DNA from: the human T2T-CHM13v2.0 reference genome, Homo sapiens
DNA: 64,000 nt
Assembly (NCBI RefSeq): GCF_009914755.1
Contig: NC_060926.1
Strand: one strand, 5' to 3'
Of the stretch, positions 1-17,373 are shown piece by piece (position 1 is the first letter of the stretch; every line of letters begins with the position of its first letter). Position numbers and translations under genes: made by a program. The notes beneath the pieces were generated by a model. It did not search any database and was not told the DNA's origin. It worked only from the letters and a program-made list of their open reading frames with translations.

Positions 1-176
1 CTATCTTTCTCCCTCTTGTTGGGCCTCCCCATTCTCTGAAACACAAAAATGTTGAAATTAGGCCAATTAATAACTCTACACTGACTTCTAAGTGTTCAAG
101 TGAAAGAAAGAGTCACATGTCTCTCACCTTAAATTAAAAGCTAGCAACAATTAAGCTTAGTGTGGAAGGCATGTCA

Positions 177-691
<515 letters not shown>

Positions 692-1129
692 TCAATTTTA
701 TGAAGGCTAAGAATGGTGAAAAAGCTGCAGAAGAAAAATTCAAAGCTAGCAGAAGTTGGCTCATGAGGTTTAAAGAAAGCCATCTCCATAATATAAAAAT
801 GCAACGTGAAACAGCAAGTGCTGATATAGAAGCTGCAGCAAGTTATCCAGAAGATCTAGCAAGATCATCGATGAGGGTGCCTACACTAAACAACACATTC
901 TCAGTGTAGATGAAACAGGCTTATACTGGAAGAAGGTGCCCTCTAGATCTTTCATAGCTAGAGAAAAGAAGTCAATGCTTCGGTTCAAAGCTTCAAAGGA
1001 CATGCTGACCCCTTTTGCGGGGGCCAATGCAGCTGGTGACTTTAAACCAAAGCAAATGCTTATTTACCATTCTGAAAATCCTAGGGCCCTTAAGAATTAC
1101 GCTTCATATATTCTGCCTGTGCTCTATAA

Positions 1130-1686
<557 letters not shown>

Positions 1687-2262
1687 TAACATTTAGGAAA
1701 TATATTTTGTGAGGCCATAGCTGCCATAGATAGTGATTCCTCTGATATATCTGGGGGAAAAAATTGGAAACCTTCTGGAAAGGATTCCCCATTAAGAACA
1801 TTTGTGGTTCATGGGAGGAGGTCAAAATATCACCATTAACAGGAATTTGGAAGAAGTTGATTCCAACCCTCATGGATCACTTTAAGGGGTTCAAGATTCA
1901 CAGAAGTAAGTAACTGCAGATGTGATGGAAATAGCAAGAACTAGAATTAGAAGTAGAGCCTGAAGATGTGACTGAATTGCTGCAATCTCAGGATAAAACA
2001 TGAACAGATTAAGAGTTGCTTCTTAAAGTGGTTTCCTGAGATAGAATCTACTCTTGATGAAGATGCTATGAACATTGTTGAAATGACAGCAAAGAATCTA
2101 GAATATTATATAAACTCAGTAAAGCTGCAGCGTGGTATGAGCGGATTGACCCCAACTTTGAAAGGTCTTCTATGGTAAAATGCTATCAAACAGCATCACA
2201 TGCTATAGAGAAATCTGTCATGAAGGAAAGAATCCATCAGTGCAACAAACATCATTGTTGTC

Positions 2263-2726
<464 letters not shown>

Positions 2727-2777
2727 TCACTAAAGTCTCATGATGGTTTATGGTTTTTAGCAATAAAGTATTTTTAA

Positions 2778-3116
<339 letters not shown>

Positions 3117-3295
3117 TGGTATTGATTCTTTTAGACATAATGCTATTGCACACTTAAACTACAGTATAGTGTAAACATAACTTTTATGTGCATTGGAAAA
3201 CCAAAAAATCTGTGTGACTTGCTTTACTGTGAGGTGCTCCATCAACAGTAGTGTAACAAAATGCTGCTAGGTGTCCAGTACTAAAATGAGCTATT

Positions 3296-3422
3296 AGCCA
3301 GGTGCAGTGGTGTATACCTGTAGTCCCTCCTACTGGGCGTCAGAGGTGGAAGGGTTGCTTGGTCCCAGGAATTTAAGTCCAGCCTGGGTAACATAGCAAG
3401 ATCCTATCTCTGGAAAAAAAAA
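3296..3422 (+). mobile_element. Alu monomer (FLAM_A-like)
   Basis: Diverged single monomer with A tail. Confidence 0.75.
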
Positions 3423-3499
3423 GCATCTCAAAACAGTAGACTTTAGTGCAGTCATTGAAAGGATATTACAATCCTTTGGAGATATTACAGATTTGGTTA

Positions 3500-3680
3500 C
3501 CTCCTGAGTAGCTGGGATTACAGGTGCACACCACCATGCCCGGTTAATTTTTGTATTTTTCGTAGAGATGGGGTTTCATTATATTGGCCAGGCTGGTCTC
3601 GAACTCCTGACCTCAGGTGATCTGCCCACCTCGGCCTCCAAAAGTGCTGGGATTACAGGCTTCAGCCACCACGCCTGGAC
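3500..3680 (-). mobile_element. Partial Alu (AluS)
   Basis: Reverse-complement left arm plus part of right arm. Confidence 0.85.
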
Positions 3681-3722
3681 CATGTTTTATAGTTTATAAT
3701 ATTTTATTTCATTCTCACAACA

Positions 3723-4060
3723 GGCTGAGCATGGTGGCTCATGCCCGTAATCCCAACATTTTGGGAGGCCAAGGTGAGAGGATCACTTGATCCCAGAAGT
3801 TCAACACTAGGCTGGGTACCATAGCAAGACCTCATCACTACAAAAAAAAAAAATTAGCCAGCCATGGTGGCACACACCTGTAGTCCCAACTACTCGGGAG
3901 GCTAAGGTGGGAGCATTGCTTGAGCCCAGGAGTTTAAGGATGCAGCTAGCTACAATCATACTACTGCATTCCAGCCTGGGCAACAGAATGAGACCCTATC
4001 TCTTAAAAAAATAAAAAAAAATACATAAATACATAAATAAAATAATAAAGACAAAAAATA
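3723..4060 (+). mobile_element. Alu (AluJ-like)
   Basis: Full dimer with A-rich tail. Confidence 0.9.
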
Positions 4061-4504
4061 GAGTCATGTTCATAACAATCCAATGAAATAGATGAGAGAC
4101 CTTTAGTTATTTCCGCTTTTCCAAGAGGCCATTGAGGTTCCTAATGTTAAGTGTCCTGCCTAAAGTGATCATTAAGAGCTGGTCACACCTTGCCACGCCC
4201 ACAGCCACTTGGCAGCTAGGTAGGTAGCCCTGAATGGTCCTCGGACAGGATTTGCTTTGATGGTATCTCCTGGTCCCTTCCCTATTCCACAGCTGATTTT
4301 GCCAGAGGTGGTAACTGACTCAAGGGCAGCCAAGCTACAAGGCTGAGGTATAAGAGGTTACCTAGAGCAAAAGCTCTGCCCAAACAGGAATGATGGTGAT
4401 TAGGTACGTAATTAGATTATCTAGAAAACATTTTGTGAGAAATACAGGGAGGATGTTGTCATTAGTCGCAAAAACTGAAAGCTACCAAAGATGAGAAAAT
4501 CATT

Positions 4505-5250
4505 GTCTTTGTCTGTCTTGTCTTGCTATAACAGAATACCACAGACTGTGTCATTAACAAAGAATAGAAATTTAGGCCTGGCACAGTGCCTCATGCCTCT
4601 AATCCCAGCACTTTGGGAGGCCGAGGCAGGTGGATCATTTGAGGCCAGGAGTTTGAGACCAGCCCAGCCAACATGGCAAAACCCTATCTCTACAAAAAAC
4701 ACAAAAATTAGCTGGGCGTGATGGCACACATCTGTAATTCCAGCTGGGCTGAGGCATGAGGACTGTTTGAACCCAGGGGACAGAGGTTGCAGTGAGCTGA
4801 GATTGCGCCACTGCACTCCAGCCTGGAAGACAGAGTGACAACTCCTGTCTCAAAAAAAAAAAAAAAAAAAAAAAAAAAAGAATAGAAATTTGTTTCTTAC
4901 AATTCTGGAGGCTGGGAAGTTCAAGGTTGAGGACTCTGCATCTGGTGAGGTCCTTCTTGCTGTGTCATCCAGAGAGTATGAGAAAGCCAGAAAGGAAGGA
5001 AGCCAAATTTATCTTTTATCAGTAACCAACTCCCAAGATAACTAACCCACTCCTGCAATAACAACATTAATCCATTCATGAGAGCAGAGCCCTCGTGACC
5101 TAATTACCTCTTAAAGGTTCCACCTCTCAACACCATTGCATTGGGATTTAAGTTTTCAACGCATGAACACTTTAAGATTCTTAAAGTGGTTTCTTGAGAT
5201 AGAATGTACTGCTATGGCTTGAATGTGTCTCTCACATTCAAGCCATAGCA
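4505..5250 (-). mobile_element. MaLR solo LTR (MST/MLT1A group) with nested Alu
   Basis: TTGCTATAACAGAATACCACAGACTG ... TTCTGGAGGCTGGGAAGTTCAAG ... TTAATCCATTCATGAGAGCAGAGCCCTCGTGACCTAAT ... CACATTCAAGCCATAGCA resemble the reversed MST/MLT1A LTR. Confidence 0.85.
4575..4879 (+). mobile_element. Alu (AluS)
   Basis: Full dimer; TSD AAAGAATAGAAATTT at 4559-4573 and 4877-4891. Confidence 0.93.
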
Positions 5251-5252
5251 GT
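5208..5252. repeat. Perfect 20-bp inverted repeat with 5-nt spacer
   Basis: ACTGCTATGGCTTGAATGTG-tctct-CACATTCAAGCCATAGCAGT read directly. Confidence 0.95.
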
Positions 5253-5538
5253 TGTGCACATATACTATAAGGCAACAGGAATCATCCATAAACAGGGGGT
5301 ATGAGTAAGAGTAAGGTAACTATAAATAGAAAACATATGTACTGTGTACAAATAGAAGGTAAGCTTTTAAAATGGCATTGGCAGGAGCACTGAAGCAGAG
5401 ATTTCAGGGGACAAGTTATCATAATGGTGGGGGAACAGCATTCCTGCTGCTGAGTGGGCTTAGACCAGCCTCCTCTGACTTTTTAAAAAAAGTTTCATCC
5501 CATGGCCAGACTATAAGGACAGTGATCAAGAAAGACTG

Positions 5539-5849
<311 letters not shown>

Positions 5850-5911
5850 TCATCTGATTATAAGAGTAAAGCCTTTTTTCCCAAAGTACTGATGAAAAGT
5901 AACAGAGAGAA

Positions 5912-6226
5912 GGCTGGGCGTGGTGGCTTATGCTCATAATCCCAGCACTTTGGGAGGCCAAGGCAGGCAGATCACCTGAGGTTAGGAGTTCGAGACCAGC
6001 CTGGCCACATGGTGAAACCCCGTCTCTACTAAAAATACAGAAAAGTTAACCAGGTGTGATGGTGGACACCTATAATCCCAGCTACTCAGGAGGCTAAGGC
6101 AGGAGAATCGCTTGAACCTGGGAGGCAGAAGTTGCATAGAGCCGAGACTGTGCACTGCACTCCAGCCTGGGCAAGAAGAGCAAAACTCCATCTCAAAAAA
6201 AAAAAAAAGAAAGAAAGAAAAGAAAA
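5912..6226 (+). mobile_element. Alu (AluSp/Sq-like)
   Basis: Full dimer with A/GAAA tail. Confidence 0.92.
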
Positions 6227-6229
6227 GTA

Positions 6230-6715
6230 GCAGACGGAAAATAAGAAAGTTAGAGAATCAATCCAGAAGACTATCATCTGATCAACAGGATAGAGAGATT
6301 TTTTTTAAAAAAGAAGGAATAGGAAAAAATGGAGTGGAGGAAATTATCAAAGAAATAATAGAAGAAAAATTTCTACCACCAATTGATGTAAATCTTCAGA
6401 AGATAAGTCCCACTGAGTGCTCAGTGTAACAAATCAAACAAATCAACAACAACAATAAAGCCATGACATACCTTCATATAATCCCAGAACATCAGGAAAA
6501 AAGAACAAATCCGAAAAGCTTCAATAAAGTAAAAACAGGTGACACACAAAGGAGTAGGTAGCAGAATGGTACTGCACTTTCTCATTCATTTTCTAAGAGT
6601 TTTGTAAAATAATTATAAATATTTATAAAACATATCATATATATTTATTTGTATGTACATAGGAAAAGGTCTAGAAAGTTACATATCAAAATATTAATAG
6701 TGGTTACCTTTAAGA
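6230..6715 (+). mobile_element. Old L1 (L1M/HAL1-like) fragments
   Basis: A-rich; translation [19 protein letters not shown] resembles L1 ORF1p; 6660-6710 resembles an L1ME 3' end. Confidence 0.55.
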
Positions 6716-6734
6716 AATAGCAGCACTATGGCAG

Positions 6735-6872
6735 GTTTTTTGTTTTTTTTTTTTAGAGATAGGGGTCTCACTATGTTGCCCAGGCTGGTCTCAAACTCCT
6801 GGCCTCAAGTGGTCCGCTCACCTCAGCCTCCCAAAGTGCTGGGATTACAGGTGTGAGCCACCGTGCCCAGCC
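6735..6872 (-). mobile_element. Alu monomer (FLAM_C-like)
   Basis: Reverse left monomer. Confidence 0.85.
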
Positions 6873-6877
6873 CCATT

Positions 6878-7725
<848 letters not shown>

Positions 7726-7805
7726 TAGATTGTTATATTCATATTCATTGTTTACATTTTTACAATCAGTGTTTCTAATTAAACTTTTAAAAAAGGCGGG
7801 GCAGG

Positions 7806-8098
7806 GGCAGGCATGGTGGTTCACATCTGTTATCCCAGGACTTTGGGAGGCCAAAGCAGGAAGGATCGCTTGCATCCAGGAGTTCAAGACCAACCGGGGA
7901 ACATAGCAAGACCCTGTCTCTATAAAAATCAAAAATTAGCTGGATGTGGTAGCAGTGCACACCTGTAATCCCGGCTACCCAGGAGGCTGAAGTAGGAGGA
8001 TCGCTCGAGCCTGGAGGTTCAGGCTGCGCTGAACCATGATCTTACCACTGTGCACTTCAGCCTGGGTGACAGAGTAAGACCTGTCAAAAAAAAAAAAA
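7806..8098 (+). mobile_element. Alu (AluJ-like)
   Basis: Dimer with poly(A). Confidence 0.9.
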
Positions 8099-10039
8099 GG
8101 GAGAGGCAGGCAGCCTTTAAGGAAAAATAGTATATTTGCTGGATCTATAAATAATAATACGTATTTTGAAAAATATGTAAGAAACTCTTTCAGTGACTAG
8201 TAGTGGTGACTGCATATATAAGGAAACAGGCAAAGAATGTATTAAATATCTGTTCCTGGTGATATAAAACATAAAACATTGCCAGTCATTGATCGTTATT
8301 ATGTTGTTCTAATTGAATATTTCCCAGTCATCCCTAGTGTGCTGAGGAAGAGACCACAGAGGGGCATTTCTCTCATTGCACAAACATTTATGTTTGTGTT
8401 AACAAAGGACAAAGAACACCTTTCTGATTTTTTTCCTTAAAGAACCAGTAGTTCAACTTGCAGTATTGATTATTGTGATGTCACTAGTTAAGATATCAGT
8501 GAAATAAGTTAAGTAAGCATTCAATATCTGCTTCTTTCTTATCACCTCCATAGTCTTCCTTGGTGTTGCACCCATTAGAACTTCAGTATTCTCTTTTGCT
8601 CACATTATTTCTTCTCTTCCCAATTATTTTATGTCTGCACTACTTGGGCAAACCCAACAAATCAGTCTAGCCAGGTTGCAGAGTAAGGACTTCCTAGAAA
8701 AAGACCACTGGCTTAATGACTTCCCCTGCTCATAGTTACATTTAACTCCTGTTGAGCTAATGGTACCAGGGGACTGATGTCTGCATCCTGTAGCAAATAT
8801 TCCCATCATTTCTTCCTCTCCACTTAAAAACATTCTTTAGCTCTTACTGAAGTTAAGGGCCCCAGAGTTCTTTGTGTGAGTGTTGTATGTGCTGTTATAT
8901 GGATTTTATCCATGTACCAGATTTGGTTTAAAGTGAACATTAGTCTTGCCTGTTATATAAACTAAACATCTGCAATTTTCCATGTGTAATGATACCATCA
9001 AGGGAGGAAGGAGTGTAAGAGAAGAAGGGGGAAAATCATTAAAAAGAGAATATCAGGCTAAGACAAAGGAACCTAGACCTAGACTGTCTGAAAAGTTAAA
9101 CTAATTGTTTTCCTTAAATTACATCATCAACCCAATGTGGCGGGTTCAGGGCCATTCCAGTCATGGTCATTGCAACTACCACCCAAGTAGTATAAAAACT
9201 GCTGTCAACCTGTTCTTGTTCATTTTTAGCATCCAGATTTAATTAGTGTTCAGGCAGGAACTTGACACCTATTTGACACACTTCAAATGTGTTAGTAAAA
9301 CAATTCTCCCCAACATCCTCCCCTAGTCCCCTTTGCTAACAGAGAGCAGCCACTGTAACTTTCCCAAAAGAGGGTCAAGATCTAACCCTGTTTTGACTAC
9401 GGAAAGCAGGGCTTTTGGGTACTGACTGTTTTACGGTCTCATTTGGATTATAGTGGGCAAACAAGGTGAGATAAAGTCCAAATAAACGCCTCTGAAATTC
9501 CCATGCTTGTGTGGATTTATTTGGCCCTTTGATGTCTTTTTTGTTTCTCTGTTGGAATGTTTCAAATATGCACTTAAGTCACCCATAGAAAAGGCTGCTA
9601 ATGTAAACGGATGTGTGTTTAGAATGGGTTGTCATCTTAACCTTCCCAGAGATGCAAAACCCATAAAAACACAGAGGGTCGATTGGAATTACCTCTTCTG
9701 TTTCTTCTTTTAAATATGAGAGGTTGCAGAGTTCAAATTGCCCTTTCCTTCTCCTCTCATTATTTATTCAGGTGATTCAAATTTTGGCTGTTATATGAAG
9801 GGGTTGACCCTCAACTCTATGACATTCCTCTTAAAATTAAGTTTTGACTTCCATGCTTAACTGATTATTTTAAGAATACTATTTGAGTCTTTGATACTCT
9901 ATCTCACAGTGATTTCCATTAAAAAAAATCTACATGAACACAAAAGTATGTAACCAGAAGTATTTGAATTCATATTGTAAATGCTGTTTTTGAGTTTAGA
10001 AAATATTTTGTCATAAAAGTATTATACAAAAAAAATTAA

Positions 10040-10337
10040 GGCCGGGTGCAGTGGCTCATGCCTGTAATCCCAGCACTTTGGGAGGCCAAGGCAGGTAGAT
10101 CACTTGAGGTCAGGAGTTTGAGACCAGCCTGGCCAACATGGTGAAACCCTGTCTCTACTAAAAATACAAAAATTAGCTGGGCATGGTGGCATGTGCCTGC
10201 AGTCCCAGCTATTCGGGAGTCTGAGGCAGGAGAATCACTTGAACCCAGGAAGTGGAGGCTATAGTGAGTCGAGGTGGCGCCACTGCATTCCAGGCTGAGC
10301 AATAGAGTAAGACTCTGTCTCAAAAAAAAAAAAAAAA
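10040..10337 (+). mobile_element. Alu (AluSx/Sz-like)
   Basis: Full dimer with poly(A). Confidence 0.93.
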
Positions 10338-10452
10338 TTGAGGAACAAAGGGGAAAATTCATCCATAATCTATAATGCACCAACAAATACTGCTAAAACA
10401 GACCTAATAGGGGTGAGATGGGAAATTGGCCCATCCACACACATCCAGATTA

Positions 10453-10854
<402 letters not shown>

Positions 10855-11719
10855 TCACAAGCATTTTATAAAAGATAAAATTATATTTAGGTTTATATTT
10901 TTTTAAGAATGTGCTTAGAGAAATAAAAATCTAGCTATGTTATATTAATATCAACTCTGGTTGAATACTTAAGGCCTTACCATTAGCTATGTAGGATAAA
11001 TAAATTACAGTGCAAAAACTATTTTAAAAGCTTAAAGGATCATCCTTTTCTTGCTAAAAATTACATCTCTTCTAGAAGCAGGTCAATGGTACACAACCAT
11101 GCTCTGTTTGAGACCTCTAGAGAGAATCAGTGTCTCTGCTGTGCTTGAGTGCATACTTTTCTTTGAAATGTGAATCCCTGTCAGCATTATTATAGTCAGA
11201 GCAATATTATATATATATAAAATGCTGTTAATGAACTTCTGAAAATCATAAACGCTCTTCAGGTATTAAAGGTGAGAATTATTCAATAGTGAAGAGAGCC
11301 CTTAAAGCAATTGGTTATCATCTGGGGTAATAGGAAACATTCTGAAGTTATCACTTGTTAGGTATCAAGCTATCAAGTTACTACTTGATAGCATAATGCT
11401 GCCTCTCAATTTGATGGTATTGTCTGTCCAACTCACTCAGCATACCGAGTATCTCCTTGTCCACAATCTTATTTTAGTCATTTTTGTTTCGGGGCTTGTG
11501 GTGATCAGTTTTAAGTCCTTAGGTAAGTTAGTTCAGTTGGCCACCTCATTATACTAATGAGGCCAAGGAAGTATGGCCCCATTGGTTACCATACTTCAGC
11601 TTTGTCGAGAGAATTATTTCTTACATAAACCATTTCCTCTACTCTGTTTTTCTCCACTTCTCCCAACCCCCAAAATTGTGAGGTTGTAAGCAGCTCAACG
11701 TGTTATACTAGGAGGCAAG

Positions 11720-11930
11720 GGAAAAAGCATAGGTTTTGGAATCTGGTGAAACTAAAATCAAATCTACACATTAGATGGGTCTCTTGGACAAATAACTTGG
11801 CCTGTCTAAGCCTCCAATTTCTCATCCAAAAATTGGAGTTAAACAATATCCAAATGTATGGTAAGAATTAGATAACATAAGTGACATCACACACAGTAGC
11901 ACATAATACGCACTCAGTGATACTATTTCT
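11720..11930 (+). mobile_element. MIR
   Basis: CTTGGACAAATAACTTGGCCTGTCTAAGCCTCCAATTTCTCATCCAAAAATTGG resembles the MIR core. Confidence 0.65.
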
Positions 11931-11939
11931 TTGATAGGC

Positions 11940-12295
11940 ATTGGTGCGGTTCGCCAACATTTTCTGGTGCTACCGTTTCTGGCACATGGTAGAAGTGCAC
12001 TTTATGGCTCACTTTTGGTTACCTGAGGCCATGGGACTGGTTCCAGATAGTGGGTTGTGAGCAAAAAGTGACATATACTTGAAACTGCCAAAGCAGGGCC
12101 CATTTTCCTTTCAACATGGTGGCTGGCAATGTTCAAGATGATGGTTGCTCTCTCAGCTTGAGTTCCATGGCTATAATGAGGAGTGTGTCCCAGCTACCCC
12201 AGGAAGGATGAGTGGAATGAGTAAGAAACAAGTTTTGTTATTTTCAGCCACTGGGATTTTGGTGGAGGTGTTCTTGCAGCGTAATTCAACCTTTC
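11940..12295 (+). mobile_element. Old MaLR LTR (MLT1J/K-like)
   Basis: GAGGCCATGGGACTGGTTC..TTGTGAGCAAAAAGTGAC..ATGAGTAAGAAACAAGTTTTG..AGCCACTGGGATTTTGG. Confidence 0.55.
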
Positions 12296-12484
12296 CTGCT
12301 GCTCCTGCTGCTTTCCTCTACTTAAACAACCAACAGTTCAAACTGAGAAAAAAGGAACATCATTTAATTGGTGGCTTGAGGGATGTCTGATTGGTTCTCT
12401 GATCTCACCCTGGTCATATGGGGAAGTCGCTTGTCCAGACTGAAGCTAGAATGAACTTTTCTCGTGTTGGGGATGGATCCACAT

Positions 12485-12615
12485 GGTCTCACTCTGTCAC
12501 CCAGGCTGGAGTGCAGTGATGCAGTCATAGCTCACTGCAACCTTAGGTCCTGGGCTCAAGGGGTCCTCAGCCTCCCAAGTAGCTAGGACTACAAATGTGA
12601 GCCACTGAGCAGGCC
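12485..12615 (-). mobile_element. Alu fragment (right-monomer-like)
   Basis: GGTCTCACTCTGTCACCCAGGCTGGAGTGCAGTG. Confidence 0.8.
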
Positions 12616-12944
12616 TTTATCAGTTAAAATATGTAAATGTTCTATTCCCCCACCTCCCATGAGTTTACTAGATTTATTAATAAAATAATCCCTTTAAAGA
12701 GCTAGTTGAGTATAACCTAGCAGCAATAAAACACTATCCTAGTATGTCAAATTCTATTTCAACAAATGTTATTACTACCAGTGTCTCTGAATAATAAGAA
12801 TGTTTACCAACTCTAGTTGACAACTGATAATTTTATATAATATTTGCCATAGCTAAATTTCATGACAATAATTGTGAACCTCTCTCAGTGTTCAGCAGAG
12901 AGATAGCTGACTTATGGTACTTCATAGAAAAATAAAAGGTAACT

Positions 12945-13780
<836 letters not shown>

Positions 13781-13789
13781 CTTCCATTG

Positions 13790-13970
13790 AGCCTTAAGTG
13801 CATTATCTCATATCTTTGCAACAAAACTATGAAGTATTTACTATTATTTCCTGGTTTTCCTCCCATGTTTTACATTAGGAAACTGAGGCACAGAGGGCTT
13901 AACTAACTGACCTAGGGTCACCCAGATGATGGGTAGGAAAACTGGGATCTGAAGCTAGGCAGTCTTTGGA
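13790..13970 (-). mobile_element. MIR
   Basis: GGAAACTGAGGCACAGAGGGCTTAACTAACTGACCTAGGGTCAC. Confidence 0.75.
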
Positions 13971-14680
13971 AGATGATTTTCAAATAATCACAAAAGGCAA
14001 AAGTGGAAAGTCTGTCAAGTTTAGAGATTGGTTCTGGGCACGGCCAAGGTCTCTTGGGCAAACTGCCAGCAGGTCCCTGTGGGAGGCAATTATGATGTCA
14101 TGTCTTTCCTGCTGTAACCACATACTCTCAGACTCCAGATAGTCCTAAGGCAGCTGTGACAAGCATCTGTATTAGCTTACTAGTGAGGCAGGGTTCATGG
14201 GTCCAAAAAACTTGGCACATCAGTGCTTCTGGGCAGCAAAATGGATTGGGGGAGGGGTGAGGCAAAGGTGTGGCCTTTCTGCCCTCTTAGCTTAGGGTGT
14301 GTGTTTCAGACATGCTATAAAGTACTTCAGGTTCAAGGAGAAAACAAAATCTTTTGAAGCAATAAATACTGACAAAAACTTACATAATTATTAAAATGCT
14401 GGGCTTTTTTGGTGGGGGGGGGGGCGCTCACTCTGTTATCTTTATTCATTGTTTTACTTAACTTTAACAGCTCCTGGCCTGTAGTAGAAAACATGAAGTG
14501 TAGCAACAAGAAGAAAGGCTCTGCTCAGGGCAGGAGAGCAGAGGCACTGGGAGCCAGCCAGTGTTCTCAGGTTGTAAAATAAAATCTCTAGACCAATTGG
14601 ACACTGGCCTCAGGCCATGGCAGTGATTAATGCCAGAGTTGTAAAAAGTGCCGTGGTAGGAACGGTTAGCCAGGTTGTAC

Positions 14681-14712
14681 TGTGTGCGTGTGTGTTTGTG
14701 TGTGTGTGTGTG
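14681..14712. repeat. Imperfect (TG)n microsatellite
   Basis: TGTGTGCGTGTGTGTTTGTGTGTG. Confidence 0.85.
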
Positions 14713-14815
14713 CTGGTTTTTTCCTTAAAGTAGCTTAATATGAAACACATAATTCTCAGTTGTTTTGGAATCTAAAAATAAAATTAAAGACTCATTTACT
14801 TTTCTCTGTCTCTCT

Positions 14816-15425
<610 letters not shown>

Positions 15426-15539
15426 AGGCTCTCTTTTTATTAAGAACTTAGCCAACTTTACAGAAGAAGCCTAAGTAACATTAAGCTCCAAACCAGTTAT
15501 ATCACTCCAAGTCTCCCCTGATCTTTGTTAATATACATT

Positions 15540-15960
15540 ACTACATTTTTACACAGATGTAATTAGTGTAGTAGACATATAATTCTGCATTCTACTTTTT
15601 TCACTTAACTTTATTTCATATGAATATGTTCATACTGCCTTGAAACATATGTTTTGGGTTTTTTTCTAAGCTTTAGAGTATTCTGATACATCGATCAGTC
15701 ACTGCTTTCTTAATCATCCCCTTATTGCTGGGTATATGGGCTGTTTTCATGGTTTTGCTGTTATAAATGATGCTACTTCAAACATTTTTGTACAAATTCT
15801 TTCTTTTTTGCACGTAGGTTATTTCTCAGGATGATGTTCCCCAGAGTGGCCTTATTTAGTCAATGTGTATAAAGAGTTACTTATCTCTAATTGTTCTCTG
15901 ACTTACAGTATCATCAGCAATGTAGAAATACACCTGCTTTTCCACATCACTTGATGTGCC
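15540..15960 (-). mobile_element. Old L1M fragment
   Basis: GGGCTGTTTTCATGGTTTTGCTGTTATAAATGATGCTAC resembles an antisense L1 ORF2 3' region. Confidence 0.6.
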
Positions 15961-15974
15961 AATTATTTACTTAT

Positions 15975-16455
15975 TGTCTCATAGCTCTGCACCGACCCCA
16001 CTCTACTCTGCTTCACAATGCTGGGGCTAGAAGCCTGCAAAGCACATTTCCCAGGCTTCATTTCTAGCTGGCTTCTTGTTAGGTTCTGTCAATAGAAGAG
16101 GCCAGCAGAAAATTAGAAAGTGTAAGGGAGGGAGAAGCCATAGTTTTCTTTCTTTCTGCTTCTGGCAGTATTTCTAGAAGTGACTTCATTTCTGGACGTC
16201 CTCTCTCTGGTGTTCCCAGAATCCTATTTGGCATTCCCAATGACACAATAAGACATGCAGTCTTGTGCTGTGGTAGTGCTACCTCCTCCTTCTTATTCTG
16301 CCAGCTTCTTTCTTTCTATCTTTATTAATCTCAGGGTTACCTACCTTTCCCTTTTGACCTTTCAGTTCTCCCAACAATATAGTTTCCTGTATTAAATACC
16401 CTCTCTTTGAAATACCTAGCTTGATTGCTAATTTCCTGACTAGATCCTGGTTTAG
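15975..16455 (+). mobile_element. ERVL LTR (LTR33-like)
   Basis: CACATTTCCCAGG..AGCTGGCTTCTTGTTAGGTTCTGTCAATAG..; 3' ATTAAATACCCTCTCTTTGAAATACCTAG. Confidence 0.6.
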
Positions 16456-16683
16456 AAACTGGGTCTTCTAATTCTAATATATATTTTATTAGGTTAATGT
16501 GAGTATAATGGCACCCAAAGTCCTATTTTGCATTTTAAAAAATTGGTAGTGGAAATAGGTTTTTTTTTTAAAAAAAAAACTGTAAACATTTCATTAACAA
16601 ATATAATTTATTTGTAAATTTAAATCTAGTCTTAGGGTCTTTATTCCATTTTTGTTAGATTATTTTTCTGTTTTAATAAATAT

Positions 16684-17373
16684 TGTAGTGGTTGAGCGGT
16701 GGTTCCTAAAACATAGGTCCATGTCTAAATACCTGGAACTTGTGAATGTTATTTGGAAATGTTATTTGGAAAAAGGGTCTCCGTGGAAGTAATAGTTAAG
16801 GGTTTTAGGATTAGCTCATCCTGGTTATCTGGATAGGGGCCCAAAATCCAATGACAGGTGTTGGATTGGATAAGAGAAAGGCAGAAACTGGGCATGGTGG
16901 CACACGTCTGAAGTCCCAGCTACTCAAGGATCACTTGAGCCCAGGAATTCAAGACTGCACTGTGTTATAATCATCCCTGGGAATAGCCACTGCACTCCAG
17001 CTTGGGCAATCTAGCAACACCTCATCTCTTAAAGAGAGAGAGAGAGAGAGAGAAAGACCAAGAGACAAAGGTAGAGCGAGAGAGAGAAAGAGAGAGATTT
17101 GAGACATACAGAAGAGGAGAAGACACAGACCATATGAAGATGAGGGCAGAAACTAGAGTTTTGCAGCCATAAGCCAAGAAATGCCTGGAGCCACTAGAAG
17201 CTGAAAGAGGCAAGGAAGGATTCACCCCCAGAGCCTCTGGAGGGAGGATGGAGCATTGCCAACACCTTGATTTTGGACTTTTGGCCTCCGTAACTGTGAG
17301 AAAATAAATTTCTGCTGTTTTAAGCTACTCGGTTTGTGGCAGTTTGTTGCAGCAGCCACATGAAATGAAGACA
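16684..17373 (+). mobile_element. MLT1C-like MaLR LTR with nested FAM and (GA)n
   Basis: TGTAGTGGTTGA start; GCAGCCATAAGCCAAGAAATGCCTGGAGCCACTAGAAGCTG; AAATAAATTTCTGCTGTTTTAAGC. Confidence 0.82.
16888..17033 (+). mobile_element. FAM (fossil Alu monomer)-like
   Basis: Monomer carrying the FAM-type GAATAGCCACTGCACTCCAGC segment. Confidence 0.7.

Noticed and set aside
5208-5252. Pre-miRNA or MITE interpretation of the hairpin
   Set aside because: One arm is the normal LTR terminus; there is no TSD or extended stem; a fold-back duplication explains it better
6112-6429. 105-aa Lys/Glu-rich ORF
   Set aside because: Read-through of an Alu tail into a degraded L1 ORF1-like fragment
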